Below are positions 22,601 through 36,000 of a stretch of 64,000 bases of DNA, piece after piece. A model generated the notes under the pieces. It did not search any database. It had not been told where the DNA came from and saw nothing but the letters and a program-made list of their open reading frames with translations. Origin of the DNA: Podarcis vaucheri (taxonomy: Eukaryota); NCBI GenBank assembly GCA_965113315.1, contig OZ220382.1. One strand, written 5' to 3'. Numbering within the stretch: the stretch's first letter is position 1; each line of letters starts with the position of its first letter. The position numbers and the translations under genes were made by a program.

Positions 22601-25231
22601 AGGACACTTGTGTTGAGGGGTTTTGGGATACCCCGCTGCGAGTAACACAGGTGCATCCTCCACAAATTTGGAGTGTGTGCAGTAACTGAAAAGTTCATTA
22701 AGCGCAGGGTGTGAACTGTCTGGCTGTACCACCTGAAGGCATGTTTGGAAAGGAATACATATTGGTGTAGGAAAGGCTGAAGCATACATATTGCTGATGT
22801 ATGTACAGAAACTGTGGAGAAACCTGCAATTTTTTATTTCAAAAGGAAAGATAGTACTTGAGCAGCAGCTATGAAGAGGAAAGCAGAAACTGTGGGAAAT
22901 CCTGTAATTCTATTTACATAGTATAGAGGAGGGGGGTGGGATGGTGGGGGGCTGCGGAAATCACCCTTCTGCAAATGGCACCGATGATGAAGCCAGGAAC
23001 TCGGCCTGCTTTGCTCCAGGTCTCATTAGCAGCAGAAGAAGAAGGAGGAGGAGGAGGAAGAGGAGGAGGAGGAGGAGGAGGAGGACAGGACGGAGCAGCC
23101 AGCTCTTTGCTGCTTTCCAAGCAGAGCACCCTTTCTGGCTGTTAGGATCCCCTCTTCTTCTTTGTGAATTAATCCCTGAATGCACCTCCCTAATGACTGT
23201 GCCAGATGTAGCACTGCCTTTCACTTCTCTCCTCTTGCAGAGAGAATGAAAAGGCCAGATAAATGTGCTTGGCATTCTTCAAGTCCAGAATCTGGCTCTT
23301 GTGGATCACTTGCTGGCTGATTCCAGAGGCTGCACAATGTGTTAGGTTTCTCTGTCCCTATGTGTTCAGAGGTGTTCATCCTCAGAGAAGGTTGAGCGTT
23401 TTAAGTGAGACAAAAGTTCTATAATGGCAGGGTGTGAATTGTGGAGGAGATTATACATTTTAGATAGATATTTTCCTTTAGGCTGGATTAGAGTTCCCTT
23501 TAGTTTTGATATTTCTCCAGCAAACCCTATTTTCCTTGTCTTTCATTCAGTTGGAAGTATTGGAGCCAGCCTGACAAATACATATGGATGTTTTTATTTT
23601 AAAAGGAAAGATAGTATTCTGGCTCTTGTGGATCACTTGCTGGCTGATTCCAGTGGCTGCAAATGGTGTCATTGTACCTCCTGAAGGAGGCATTCCTGCC
23701 TGAGAGGAAGGGTGTGAACTGTGTGGCTATACCACCTGATTGCATGTTTGCAAGGGAATCAATTTTTGTGCAGAAAAGTGCTGAAAAGGACATTTGCCAA
23801 TGCCCTTTTTGAGATGCAGTTTCACTAGAATGGTCACTTCTAACCTGGTGCTTTTCATAAATAAGGGGAATACTGAAGAGGTGAAATCAGAGTCTTTGAA
23901 TAAGACAGAAACGCAGGTGAACAGCCACATCCACACCAGAAACTTTAGTGAGTCCACAAAGTCATCCATTGGGAAGAGGCAGTTGAACTCCTAAACTGTT
24001 CTGTTGAAGGGGCCAAGCAGCATAAGGGTGTATCTTTGGACAAGCAACATCTTAATCTAAGTAAGCCCTTAATGGGTAGCCAATCTAAGGGCTTTTCAAA
24101 AAGGGGTTTGATCTTGGTGCAGAAAAGGAGTGATGAGTACATATAGCTTTGCTCCTTTCCAAGCAGTGCGCCCTCTCTGGCTGCTAGGAGCCCCTCCTCT
24201 TTTTTGTTAATTAGTCCCTAAATGAACCTTCCTAATGACTGTGCCTGATNNNNNNNNNNNNNNNNNNNNNNNNNNNNNNNNNNNNNNNNNNNNNNNNNNN
24301 NNNNNNNNNNNNNNNNNNNNNNNNNNNNNNNNNNNNNNNNNNNNNNNNNNNNNNNNNNNNNNNNNNNNNNNNNNNNNNNNNNNNNNNNNNNNNNNNNNNT
24401 TAAGATTTATTATGCAAAAAGCTTTTATGAAAAGTTTTTTTAAAAAAACCACACACCAAAGGAAGTACAATTCATGGATGAAGAAATCAACCTTCCTGCC
24501 AAATAAGATGCATGTGTTCTCTCTATTAGGGTTCAGCAACAAAAACCATGAGGCAAAACAGCCCTCAGTTTTCATGTTCTTGAAAGTCCCCTTCACCCCC
24601 CCAAAAAAGATGTTAAAAAACTATAATCCAAAATATACATACAAGCTGCATATATGTAAATTGGGGTTTTTTGTTATTGCTGCCCTTTTTTCTGAGCAAA
24701 TGACAGATCAGTCCACATTTGTCACAAGTTGCTGCATTGTTGAAAGTGTGTGATTTCAGTAAGAAATCTCCTGACCAGTAAACTAGCATGAAGAATCTGA
24801 GTGTTCAGAGCTTTAATAATAATAATCCGCCCAGTCTGACACACAAACGCCACAAAATTTCTTCCTCTGCAAAGTTTCTTCTTGTTTAATACAGCCATAC
24901 GATAGTTATTGAAAAGTGGGCTTACTTTCAATGCCCCCCTCCCCGGCCTGCAAATTTTGTTTTCAGGCCATTGGAAGAGAATAACAGATTGAGGGCAGAA
25001 AGTTGTTTCTGGAAGACCAGTCAAGGCATCAGCAACTGGCTGGCCAGACCCATGTTCTACAGTTTATCTGGAAGAGAAAGATGGTGGTCTCTTCATTACT
25101 GGGTGCACGGGGTTAAAACATGTAATCCTTTCCCCTGTTCAGGTCTTTATTTTTTCTCTCTTCTTCTATCTCCTGTCTCACTGGAGAGAACCAAGCGCCA
25201 GGATCCCACACTTGCAGTCTGTTTTAAGAGG

Positions 25232-25709
25232 TTAGTGGCAGAGATTCCTCTCCTCTTTTGAGCAAAGTTTGGATGCCCGCTCTGCAGCTTTTAAAGAGAG
25301 TAGGGAAGTTTCGGCTGTGGGCGGATCTTGCCCCTTCTTCGCCTGTTCCTCTAGCATGATCTGCAGGTCAAAGATATAGTTGATAAGGTGCTGCAAGATT
25401 TCCACTTGGCTGACTTTGGTGCCTTGCGGGATCCTCTGCACCAGCTCGCGCAGCTTGGAGTAGCAGTCATTCATGTTGTAAAGGAGGTTCTTGGGCCCCT
25501 CCTGAGCCGGGCTCTGGTTTTTTGTCTTTTTTTTGTTTTGGCAAGACTTGTTGCCTTTTTCTGAAGGCCTGTGAAGCAGGAGTCACGGGCTGAGGGGCTT
25601 CATTCTGTTGTTCGTTCCCTGGGTGATGGTGAGGCTCTGATCAGAGAGGCAGCACAAAGCTTGCTTCCTAGCAGATCCTGACTGATCTGACTGGGCTGAT
25701 TCCTTTCAT
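25232..25709 (-). pseudogene. ID3: ID3 processed pseudogene, copy 2
   Basis: ORF 25232-25474 has the same translation as 10134-10376. Confidence 0.92.
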
Positions 25710-27311
25710 GGCCATGAAGGAGGAGAAACCAGCAGGGATTTTCAGAAGGGCAAGATTTCCTTCCTTAAGGCGGGAGAAGCAAGCAAGCAACCTCAAGAGA
25801 GAGAGAGATTGATACTGCCCCTTGCTTGGCAGCCTGGTTGATTCTCTATTGTGTGCACACAGAAAATGCTTCTCTTTGCAAAAAAAGCCCCATGTATATA
25901 TTTTAAAAACAGAAATGCTACCTTTGCAGCAGCAAATATTTTCTGATCCTTTCCCCAGTCAAGGTCTTTTCTCTCTCTCTCCTTCTATCTTCTGTACAAC
26001 TGGAGAGGACCTATGGAATCTATGACATGTTGCAAGATTTCCACGGCTGACTTTGGTGCTTTGTGTGTTAAGACCCACAAGACCTCCCCAAATAAAGACA
26101 CAATTGATGCCAAATTTAGTTTAAGGTTATTGGCATAATTTTGGCCAGAATGAAAAATGAAGATAAATGTGCTTGGAATTCTTCAAGTCCAGAATCTGGC
26201 TCTTGTGGATCACTTGCTGGCTGATTATAGTGGATTCAAATTGTTTCTTTTTCTTTTCTTTTTCTTTTTATTTCAAAACCAAAAAAAATTTACAAACATC
26301 AAATTCAAAATCCATATTCATTTTATAATTTAAGCCTATTATATAGATTACCTAAATTAAAATATATCTAAATACTCTAGGCTTCCAATTGTTGTATGTA
26401 AATACAACACAATTAACAAATTATATTATAAATGATATTATTAGTTCCCAAATACCCCCACTCCCCTTCACCCATGTGTGATCTCAGTATTTTACTTCTT
26501 CCATCTTGTTGTGTTGTTAATAATTTAATAATTATTCAATTGATTTTATTATTATTTTCTTGCTTACCCCTGCATGTTTTACACATTCTCTATTAATATT
26601 TCAATTCCGGAACCGGGGGGCCGAAAGCTTTCATTAGGTGATATACAGCATTGTTGGGCAGGATAGTAGCCCAAACATACCTAGAAACATAATGAATTAT
26701 AACAGAAACATATTGCTTCCCAGTACTGGTTTTCTGCAAGGGACCCACCAAATCCATCCCTTTTCTTTTTTTATACTAAGCTTTTCAGAGTGGGACAGGT
26801 GCACAAAAGGGTTGCAAAACATGAGTCAAACAGTAGTATGATGCAGCCTTTTTTGCTGTTAGGATCCCCTCTTTTTTTTGTTAATTAATCCCTGAATGAA
26901 CCTCTCTAATGATTGTTGTGCCTGATAAAGCACTGCATCTTCACTTCTTTTGCAGACAGAATGAAAAAACAAATGTTTTTCTTTTTCTTTGTGTTTTTGG
27001 ATGTGAAAAATAACTTTATTTTCAAGCCCCACTGAGTGAAGAAATAAGAAGAACTATCAATAGGGATCATACAGACCAGCATTCATATTTGATAAAGCTC
27101 TGTTTCAACATTGTCCATTCAAAAGATGACTAGAGGTCTCAGGAGCCTTCCCGTCAATTGGTCCTTTAGTCATCTGCAATCCCCCCCCCCACAGCAGTAT
27201 CAATTTTGATATACAAAAGTGCCAAACAGAATATGTTAAGTTTGCAAATTCATATAAAAAGCCTGGAATACAGAAGATCCATTCATATGCAGCTTGTACA
27301 GCCATACAGCT

Positions 27312-28030
27312 TCCAAAACAAGGCATTTATACCGTTCATAGTCTAGCGCGTGGGACAAAGGAAGATGCCCCACGAGATCCGCCAACTCCCCACTAATCAA
27401 CATCTTCAGAATAGACATATACAGTCTTGAAGGGAGCTCCAGTTCCCGGCAGGTTAGTTCGAATAAAGTCAGATAGCTCAGGACATGCATGGGGGGTTTA
27501 TACGCAGGGAAAAGATGTAAGTCAAAATCCCTCAGGGTAAACTCACGAGTAATGCGCCTTGGAACCACATCTCGTGGCTCTTGGTCATAGCTGTACCTTG
27601 GGGCAGAGCGATAACTCAGGCTCGTCCATCCGGACGCTGAGGTTCCTGCCCTTCATACCTGTAAGAGGGTCTGGGATGCAGCCCGTACCCCTCCTCTTCT
27701 TCGTACCACCGAACCGGCCCGTGGGGCTCCCAAGACCTTTCTGGCGAATATATCTGGGCTGCGCTAGGCGGTCGATACTTCATTGGTCAGCGACTTTCCT
27801 GGGGTGGGCGCTCCGGCTCTCAATAGTCGTCCTCTGCCCGAATCTCCCTTGGTCATTGCGGTGGTCCCTTGTAGTCATACTCCTGCCGTCTAGTCTGTGG
27901 GGCTGCAACAATGGAGTGACCCACTCGGGGATACTTTTCCCGACATAGGAATCCTCCCCGGGTACGACCCTGCACCCACTTGACTGCTTGGCCAGGCAAA
28001 AGCTCCATTCCCCTCGGCTGGGCCAACGGC
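27312..28030 (-). mobile_element. Gypsy gag fragment, copy 2
   Basis: ORF 27236-27568. Confidence 0.75.
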
Positions 28031-28052
28031 TTTGAACTTGACTCGAGGAGTT

Positions 28053-28250
28053 GAGGTTTGCGCTTCATTCCTGGGTTTAACTTGGGACTTTTGCCAGTGT
28101 ATTTCTGAGATTCTGGTTCACAAGAATGGTCAATTTCAACCTGGTGCTTTTCATTAAGAAGGGGAATAGTGAAGAGCGAAATCAGAGCCAGTTGCAGCAG
28201 TGTCAGACCATTGAACAAGGCAACAACATAGGTGAACACCCACACTATAA
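28053..28250 (-). pseudogene. RTN4: RTN4-like piece c, copy 2
   Basis: Lies within ORF 27853-28431. Confidence 0.85.
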
Positions 28251-31200
28251 ACTTTTTGTTTGTACTAAACTTTTCAATTTTTTGTACTAAGCTTTTCAGA
28301 GAGGGAAAGGCACGTGAAAGGGTTGTGAAACACGAATATGATGCAGCCTTTTTGGCTGTTAGGATCCCCTCTTCTTTTTTGTTAATTAATCCCTGAATGA
28401 ACCTCTCTAATGATTGTGCCTGATGAAACACTGCGTCTTTCTTCTCTTCTTTTGCAGACCGAATGAAAATCCAAATAAATGTTTTTCTTTTTCTTGGTTT
28501 TTTTGGATGTGAAAAATGACTTTTCTTTCAATCCCCACTGAATGAAGAAATAATAAGAACTATCGATAGGGATCATACAGACCAGAATTCATATTTGATA
28601 AAGCTCTGTTTCAACGTTGTCCATTCGAAAGATGACTAGAGGTCTCAGGAGCCCCTGCCACTCACGCGCACCCGGATCCACTACTCTCCCCTACTGGAAG
28701 AGCACTGGTGGTGGGGTGACTTCTCCTGGATCCTGGCTGAGGTCCAAGGAATGGCTTGTCCCACCCCCTACTGGATGGTCCCTGAGAGGCGGACCAAGGC
28801 AATGCAAGCCACCACACTCACAACACTCAACACGGTGAATGAGAGCGGCAGGAAAAAGCTGTTTAAATTCTTTCTTGTTCTTTTTTGGGAGAGTGCATGA
28901 GGTTGTTGTCTTAATTACAAAAAAATCAAATTACAATATCATACAGAGACTTTTTACACACAGAATATTAGAATGGTTTCTTACCAGAAGGTAAAGAAAA
29001 GATATTCTTTTTTCCTTTCTTTATTGATAAGCCACTTACAAGTTTTTAAGCTATTGTTATACAAAGTTGCAGGGCATGCACAATTTTCCTTCGATAGGGT
29101 TTGCTCTTTCCCCCGCCCCCCATTTCTTATCTTTTCATTTTTTGCTAAGTGCAAATACTAGATTTCTTTCTCCACCTTTTAAGGCAAGTTAAATGCGACA
29201 CTGCAAATTGAAAGTCCTTCTTTATATCTCCACCACAGTACAATCTTAGTCCAGTACTTCACAATCCTGACCAGCAAAACTCACAGTATCAGCAGCACAC
29301 ATTGTCTTACTTCCAACCTTGTCAGCGTGTGTGCTGAGAGTTTGTGTTTTTGTGTGTGTGTGTTTGGAGTGAGTGTGCTTTCCTTGTATGGACATTGCAG
29401 CCTGCAACTTCCTCTCTTTATTTGCACCTCCAAGGGACACCAATCAATCCTAGAGTGCCACTCCTACGCACTAAAGAGAATTCTGGAACACTTTTTAAAG
29501 CTTCCAGGAACTTTTATCTTTTTCTTAAATAACCTTTTCCAAACACCCCCTCTCATTCGAACAGAACCAATACAGTATTGTAAACATATACAAAAGTATT
29601 CACACATCATACAACACAATTCCCAACTTTATAACCAGTTGTGCATGTTGTTGCTTTCAATTATGGTCTTTCTTTCACTTAACAAAAATCTTCCATCACT
29701 GGATCTCTGGACCAAGATAGTTCTTTGTGGTCCTAAATATTTTACTTTGAACCATTTCCTTAATTGTGTTGCAAACTCCTTTCCCCCAAGAATTCTTGTA
29801 GCTGCCCCATCGCTATCGCCTCCACCAGTTTGTCCCAAATTGCGGGGGGGGGGGTTAATTAACATTCCAATTTCTCCTCCATTTTGCCTTGCTAGCCAGT
29901 CCCATTTCCTTGGCTCTTTGTGGTGAAATTCCTCAATGTGACCTAGATGTGTTCATCCACATCTGTCATACGTTCCACTCGGCTGTCTGTGCTCTACACT
30001 AAATTTATTGTTTTGTCCCATAGGCTGGCTTAAGATGTGATGATAAAACTAAAGATTTTGCTTTAGTTGCCAATCATTCTGGTTCCGTCTTCTTCGTTAA
30101 AAATTATTTATTTATTTGGAAGCCTGTTATGATGCCCTGCAGTATGCAAATAGATAAAATCAAATGTTTCCCCTCCGTCTCCTCCATCTTTGCCTCTCCA
30201 GTCTGGCGTGGCCATTCATATTTGTCACATGTCCCTTGCTGCTAACAGGGCCCTGGGCTTCCCGCGGCTGATGGTGACAGTCATTTGCAAACAAACATCA
30301 AATTCAAAATCTATACTCATTTTCTAACACAAGCCTATTACATAGATTACCTAAATTAAAATATATCTAATTGCACTAGGCTTCCCTTTGCTGTATGTAA
30401 ATACAATGCAATCAACAGATTATATTATAAATGATATTATAGGTTCCCATATACCCCCCACTTCACCCCCCAAAAATGTTGTTAAAAAACTATATTCCAA
30501 AATATACATACAAGCTGCATATATGCAAAGTTGTTTTTTTTTTGTTGCCCTTATTTCTGAGCAAACGACAGATCAGTCCACATTTGTCACAAGCTGTTGC
30601 AATGTTGGAAGTGTGTGATTTGAGTAAGAAATCTCCTGACCAGTAAATTAGCATGAAGAATCTGAGTGTTCAGAGCTTTAATAATAATAATTGCGAGGGA
30701 TACAGTCTGCTTGGAGAAAAGGAATGAGAAAGTACATGAAGATTGTGGAAAAACTTGGAAAGTGTCATTCTGCAAAGTACTAATATTGCCGTAGTAAAAC
30801 AAGCCAAGCTAAGAAGAGTCACTCAGGATATTCAGGATTGAACCACACACAATTGGTGGGACATCTTTTCAGGATAGAGCTCTACCATGACCAACATTTT
30901 AAATTTGGCTTGGCACCCTGTGATTATACTGGATTTTGGTGTTTTGATGTTGCTTATATTAGTGTGTATTTTCTATGTTAAAGTTAAACATTTGTATGGG
31001 GAAAAGGTATAGGTTTTTTTCCTCAGAGAGGGAAGGAGGAACAGATTAGCTAAGCATGGAAGAGGTAACCGTGTTGGACCAAGGGGTGGAGTTTATGGGC
31101 AATCTATCCGGAAGACATTTGTATTTCGAGGAGTTAGTGGTCTGACATGGTTACCCTTCCTGCCTTCTCTTCCTTCTCCCTCTCGATCTCCTGAGCCATG

Positions 31201-32661
31201 TATCAGAAGATTTTTAATGCTGGATGTTTTTAGATATGCTGTAAGCCCTCCAGAGTCCCTTGGGAAAGCCAGCCAAATGGGTGGGGTATAAAGATGGTGA
31301 TGATGATGGTGATGGTGATGATAATTTATACATATAGCTGATGCACAGAAACTGTGCAAAATCTTGCAATGTTTATATTTTGAAAGGTGAATACTACAAT
31401 CACGGTTGCAAACCCTTTCTTTTTGCATGGTGCCTAGTCACTGATCTAAGTGACAGCGGACTTCTGTATAAGAGCTACTGCTGGGTCACACTAGGTTGAT
31501 GGCATTCACTGTGCCATCAACCCAATATTTTTTTTAAAAAAGATCTCCCCAATGTTGGGTGGAATTTAGTTCACAAGAATGGTCAATTTCAATCCGGTAG
31601 TTTTCATAAGGGGAATAGTGAAGAGAGAAATGAGAGCCGGTTTCAGCCTTGTCAGCCCATTGAACAAGGCACCTACATAGGTGAACAGCCACATTCACAC
31701 CACTAACGTCAGTGATTTCACTAAAAACAATTTTAAAAGGAGCCCTAAGATATGGCCATGGCTGTTGGAAAAGTTACGAGTCACTGCACATTGTTTTTGT
31801 CATTGTCTTTTGTTAGCCATCTGTTATCAGGCCATCAGCTACAGGGTCATACAATGAAAATATTTTTCTATGCTCCTATTTTGGGACAAAAAAAGAGAGG
31901 CCCTAGCAGTTTTTTAAACAAACTAAACAGCTAATATTATCGTCCCTTGGTAAAACCAAGTCACCCTATGATTTCTTAGACTAAAAAAGCACTAGAAATC
32001 AACATTTGTAAGGGCAGTACAGAATTGACCAAGTGTGAAGCCTGGAGCACTTACAAGTGGCACACACAAAATGTAAGCCACAAAGAGCAACGTGAAGGGG
32101 TTTCCATGCGATGGCTACCATTTCTCCCTTACGTACATGTTGAAGTAGAATCGATAACTGGTTAGCATATGTACAAAATCTTTACAGAATTCTATCTTGT
32201 AGCTTTAAAAAAATAAAAATATGGATATTGTTGAAGACAGCAGGTCTCTCATTAATATTTCAATTAAGGCTTCATTATTGTATATCCGCCATTATTCTAA
32301 TGACTGTCAGGGGCTCAGAGGTAGGAGGGGGGCAAGACTCCTTCAGCAGGGACAGCTTGAGTTTGTTTATAATTAGCTACTGACTTCCCCCGTAGAACCT
32401 GCAGCCAGTCTCTTCTGCATCTTTCTTGGCCACAAGAATCCAATGTATTCCAAACAGATTTAAATCGTGATCTCCGGGAGAAGATGAAGAAGAAAAAGAA
32501 ATCTTACTGTGCTGTTTATTTCCCCCCCACACCCCAACATTAATTAAAAAATAATAATTTAATCCTCCCTCTATTCTTTTTTTTTAATAAAAAAGTTAAA
32601 AGAGGTTTCTGATTAAATAATTCTGAGAAGAAAAGGTTTGATGCAGCCGCGTCTGGAAGGG

Positions 32662-33017
32662 TCAGAGCGAAGATGCTGGTGCGGGAGGTCGGCTGGTCCC
32701 GGTGGCTGATGGAGGTTCTGCTCCCCTTCTGCTGCTAAGCACGAAGTCCGTGGGGAGGCTCTCCAGAAGGCACTTGAGCTGTTCCTGCCCTAGCTTGATC
32801 TTGCTGGCCAACTCGCGCTGTTCCAGATTTCATCTTCACGAAATGCTGGTAGTCTCGGAGCTGCTCCCCCGAGAGGTAATTGCATAGGATGTCCAAGACC
32901 ACGTGCTTTCGCCGGTCCAGGTTCTCCTTCAGCTCGCGGGCGTCTTCGTGCTGGCCAGCCAGCATCTTCCGCTTCTTGTTCAGAGAGCTCCATTCTTGGT
33001 TATCCACATCCTCACTG
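32662..33017 (-). pseudogene. SHROOM3: SHROOM3-like ASD2 fragment, copy 3
   Basis: ORF 32735-33007 has the same translation. Confidence 0.88.
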
Positions 33018-36000
33018 TCGCATGTCCCGCTCCGCTACCTATGGCGTGTGTCTCTTGCAGCTGATGGTGGTTGTAATTTGATTCCCCATAACAACAACCC
33101 AACGGGGGATGTTGGCCCCCTCAATATTGGGGGGATTGAGCCCCCATGGCCAGGATTCAACCCAGAGGGGAATGCATTTTATTATCTGTGTTTTCCAATA
33201 ATTCTTGTAGCTTCCCCACCGCTATCGTCTCCACCAGTTTGCCCCAGATTTGGAAGGGGGAGGGTAATTTATTATATACATAATTTGCTTTCAGGCTGCA
33301 CTTCAAATGTGCAAAAGCATACACTCTGACAGCACCAGAAAAAAAAGGTTAACAGTTTTTACCTGATTTGTCACATTGTGTTAAACACAATGAGCTTCAC
33401 AAAAAAAGAACATGGAATCTAGAAGCATCCTAAGTTATATGCTAGCACTTGATTGTAGTACTCTGACCCAACAAAAGAAATAGAAACCCAACATAGTCAT
33501 CACAATTAATTTACTAGTCTCTTCAAGACTGTATTTTCTTTCCAGTGTTTTGGTCTCCTGCTATACATGTAGAAATACACTTTGGGTAATTAAATTTACA
33601 GAAAGCCAAAGCCAAATAAAAATTAGTTATGCTGGGGAAAAATCGGGGGCTTATAAGAAATAAGATTTTAAGATTTTCTACATAGCTTCCCCACTGCTAT
33701 CGTCTCCACCAATTTTTCCCAGATTTGGAGGGGGGTATTAACATTCCAATTTCTCCTCCATCTTTCTTCCTCTCCCCCCCCTTTTGAGAAAAGGTTTGGC
33801 TCATCCGAAAATTTTACTTGCAAGACAGAAGTTATTGGCCTGTCCTTTTAGCTTCTGTTGTCCCTTTGTGTTCTGAGGTGTTCAACCTCAGAAAAGGTTG
33901 AGTGCTTTAAGTGAGGCAAACGTTCTTTGATGGCAGGATGTGAATTGTGGAGGAGATTAAACATTGAATGGTTTTGTGCCATAGGCTGTATTTAGAAGTG
34001 TTAATTATTGTTTTTGTGTGCCTGATTATTCTGTTAGGGCTTCTGTCCCCCTCGCCATGTTTCTTTCACACTACATTACCTGTTGTTTCATGGCACTGTG
34101 TTTTTTCCATCTTTTACAAAGGAAATGGGGCTGCTGCATTTGGAAAGATGCCTTGCTTGGTCATATGGCACAAATGGTTGGAGCCCCATGGTATTAAAGT
34201 TTAAAACACACCTGCAAGGAGCACTCTAAATGTTCTGCCATTTGGGTGCAATCAAACTGTAGAATCTTTTAGCTTTCTCTGTCCCTATGTGTTTTGAGAT
34301 GTTCATCCTCAGAAAAGGTTGAGCGTTTTAAGTGACACAAAAGTTCTTTGATGGCAGGGTGTGAATTGTGGAGCAGATTATACATTTTAGATAGATATTT
34401 TCCTTTAGGCTGGATTAGAGTTCCCTTTAGTTTTGATATTTCTCCAGCAAACCCTATTTTCTTTGTTTTTCATTCAGTTGGAAGTATTGGAGCCAGCCTG
34501 ACAAATACATATGGATGTCAAAGTCCTTTCCTCTTAATTTATTAATTTCCCCCTCTAATAACATTTTATATGTTGCCCGATTTCCCTTCATGTTTTTCTT
34601 CCTCAAGCCAAAGGCTTCAATGTGTGAAATGCACCAAGGGCTTGTAGGTTCTAGGAGACATTTATATTTCATCCATGGATTATATAAGGTCTGAGTTGTG
34701 TGGCTGCATATTCTGGTAAGGTGTCGGCAAGGGATTGAATCTTGGTGCAGAAAATGAGAAAGGACACTTGTGTTGAGGGGTTTTGGGATACCCCGCTGCG
34801 AGTAACACAGGTGCATCCTCCGCAAATTTGGAGTGTGTGCAGTAACTGAAAAGTTCATTAAGGGCAGGGTGTGAACTGTCTGGCTGTACCACCTGAAGGC
34901 ATGTTTGGAAAGGAATACATATTGGTGTAGGAAAGGCTGAAGCATACAGATTGCTGATGTATGTACAGAAACTGTGGAGAAACCGGCAATTTTTTATTTC
35001 AAAAGGAAAGATAGTACTTGAGCAGCAGCTATGAAGAGGAAAGCAGAAACTGTGGGAAATCCTGTAATTCTATTTACATAGTATAGAGGAAGGGGGTGGG
35101 ATGGTGGGGGGCTGCGGAAACCACCCTTCTGCAAATGGGACCGATGATGAAGCCAGGAACTCGGCCTGCTTTGCTCCATGTCTCATTAGAAGCAGAAGAA
35201 GAAGGAGGAGGAGGAGGAAGAGGAGGAGGACAGGACGGAGCAGCCAGCTCTTTGCTGCTTTCCAAGCAGAGCACCCTTTCTGGCTGTTAGGATCACCTCC
35301 TCTTCTTTGTGAATTAATCCCTGAATGCACCTCCCTAATGACTGCGCCAGATGTAGCACTGCCTTTCACTTCTCTCCTCTTGCAGAGAGAATGAAAAAGC
35401 GAGATAAATGTGCTTGGGATTCTTCAAGTCCAGAATCTGGCTCTTGTGGATCACTTGCTGGCTGATTCCAGAGGCTGCACAATGTGTTAGGTTTCTCTGT
35501 CCCTATGTGTTCAGAGGTGTTCATCCTCAGAGAAGGTTGAGCGTTTTAAGTGAGACAAAAGTTCTATAATGGCAGGGTGTGAATTATGGAGGAGATTATA
35601 CATTTTAGATAGAAATTTTCCTTTATGCTGGATTAGAGTTCCCTTTAGTTTTGATATTTCTCCAGCAAACCTTATTTTCCTTGTCTTTCATTCAGTTGGA
35701 AGTATTGGAGCCAGCCTGACAAATACATATGGATGTCAAAGTCCTTTCCTCTTAATTTATTAATTTCCCCCTCTAATAACATTTTATATGTTGCCCGATT
35801 TCCCTTCATGTTTTTCTTCCTCAAGCCAAAGGCTTCAATGTGTGAAATGTACCAAGGGCTTGTAGGTTCCAGGAGATATTTATATTTCATCCATGGATTA
35901 TATAAGGTCTGAGTTGTGTGGCTGCATCTTCTGGTAAGGTGTTGGCAAGGGATTGAATCTTGGTGCAGAAAAGGAGAAAGGACACTTGTGTTGAGGGGTT

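Larger units (their letters stand above)
13855..28954. repeat. Array unit B1
   Basis: Has the extra block 17039-18743 and lacks ~473 bp equivalent to 8011-8482. Confidence 0.93.
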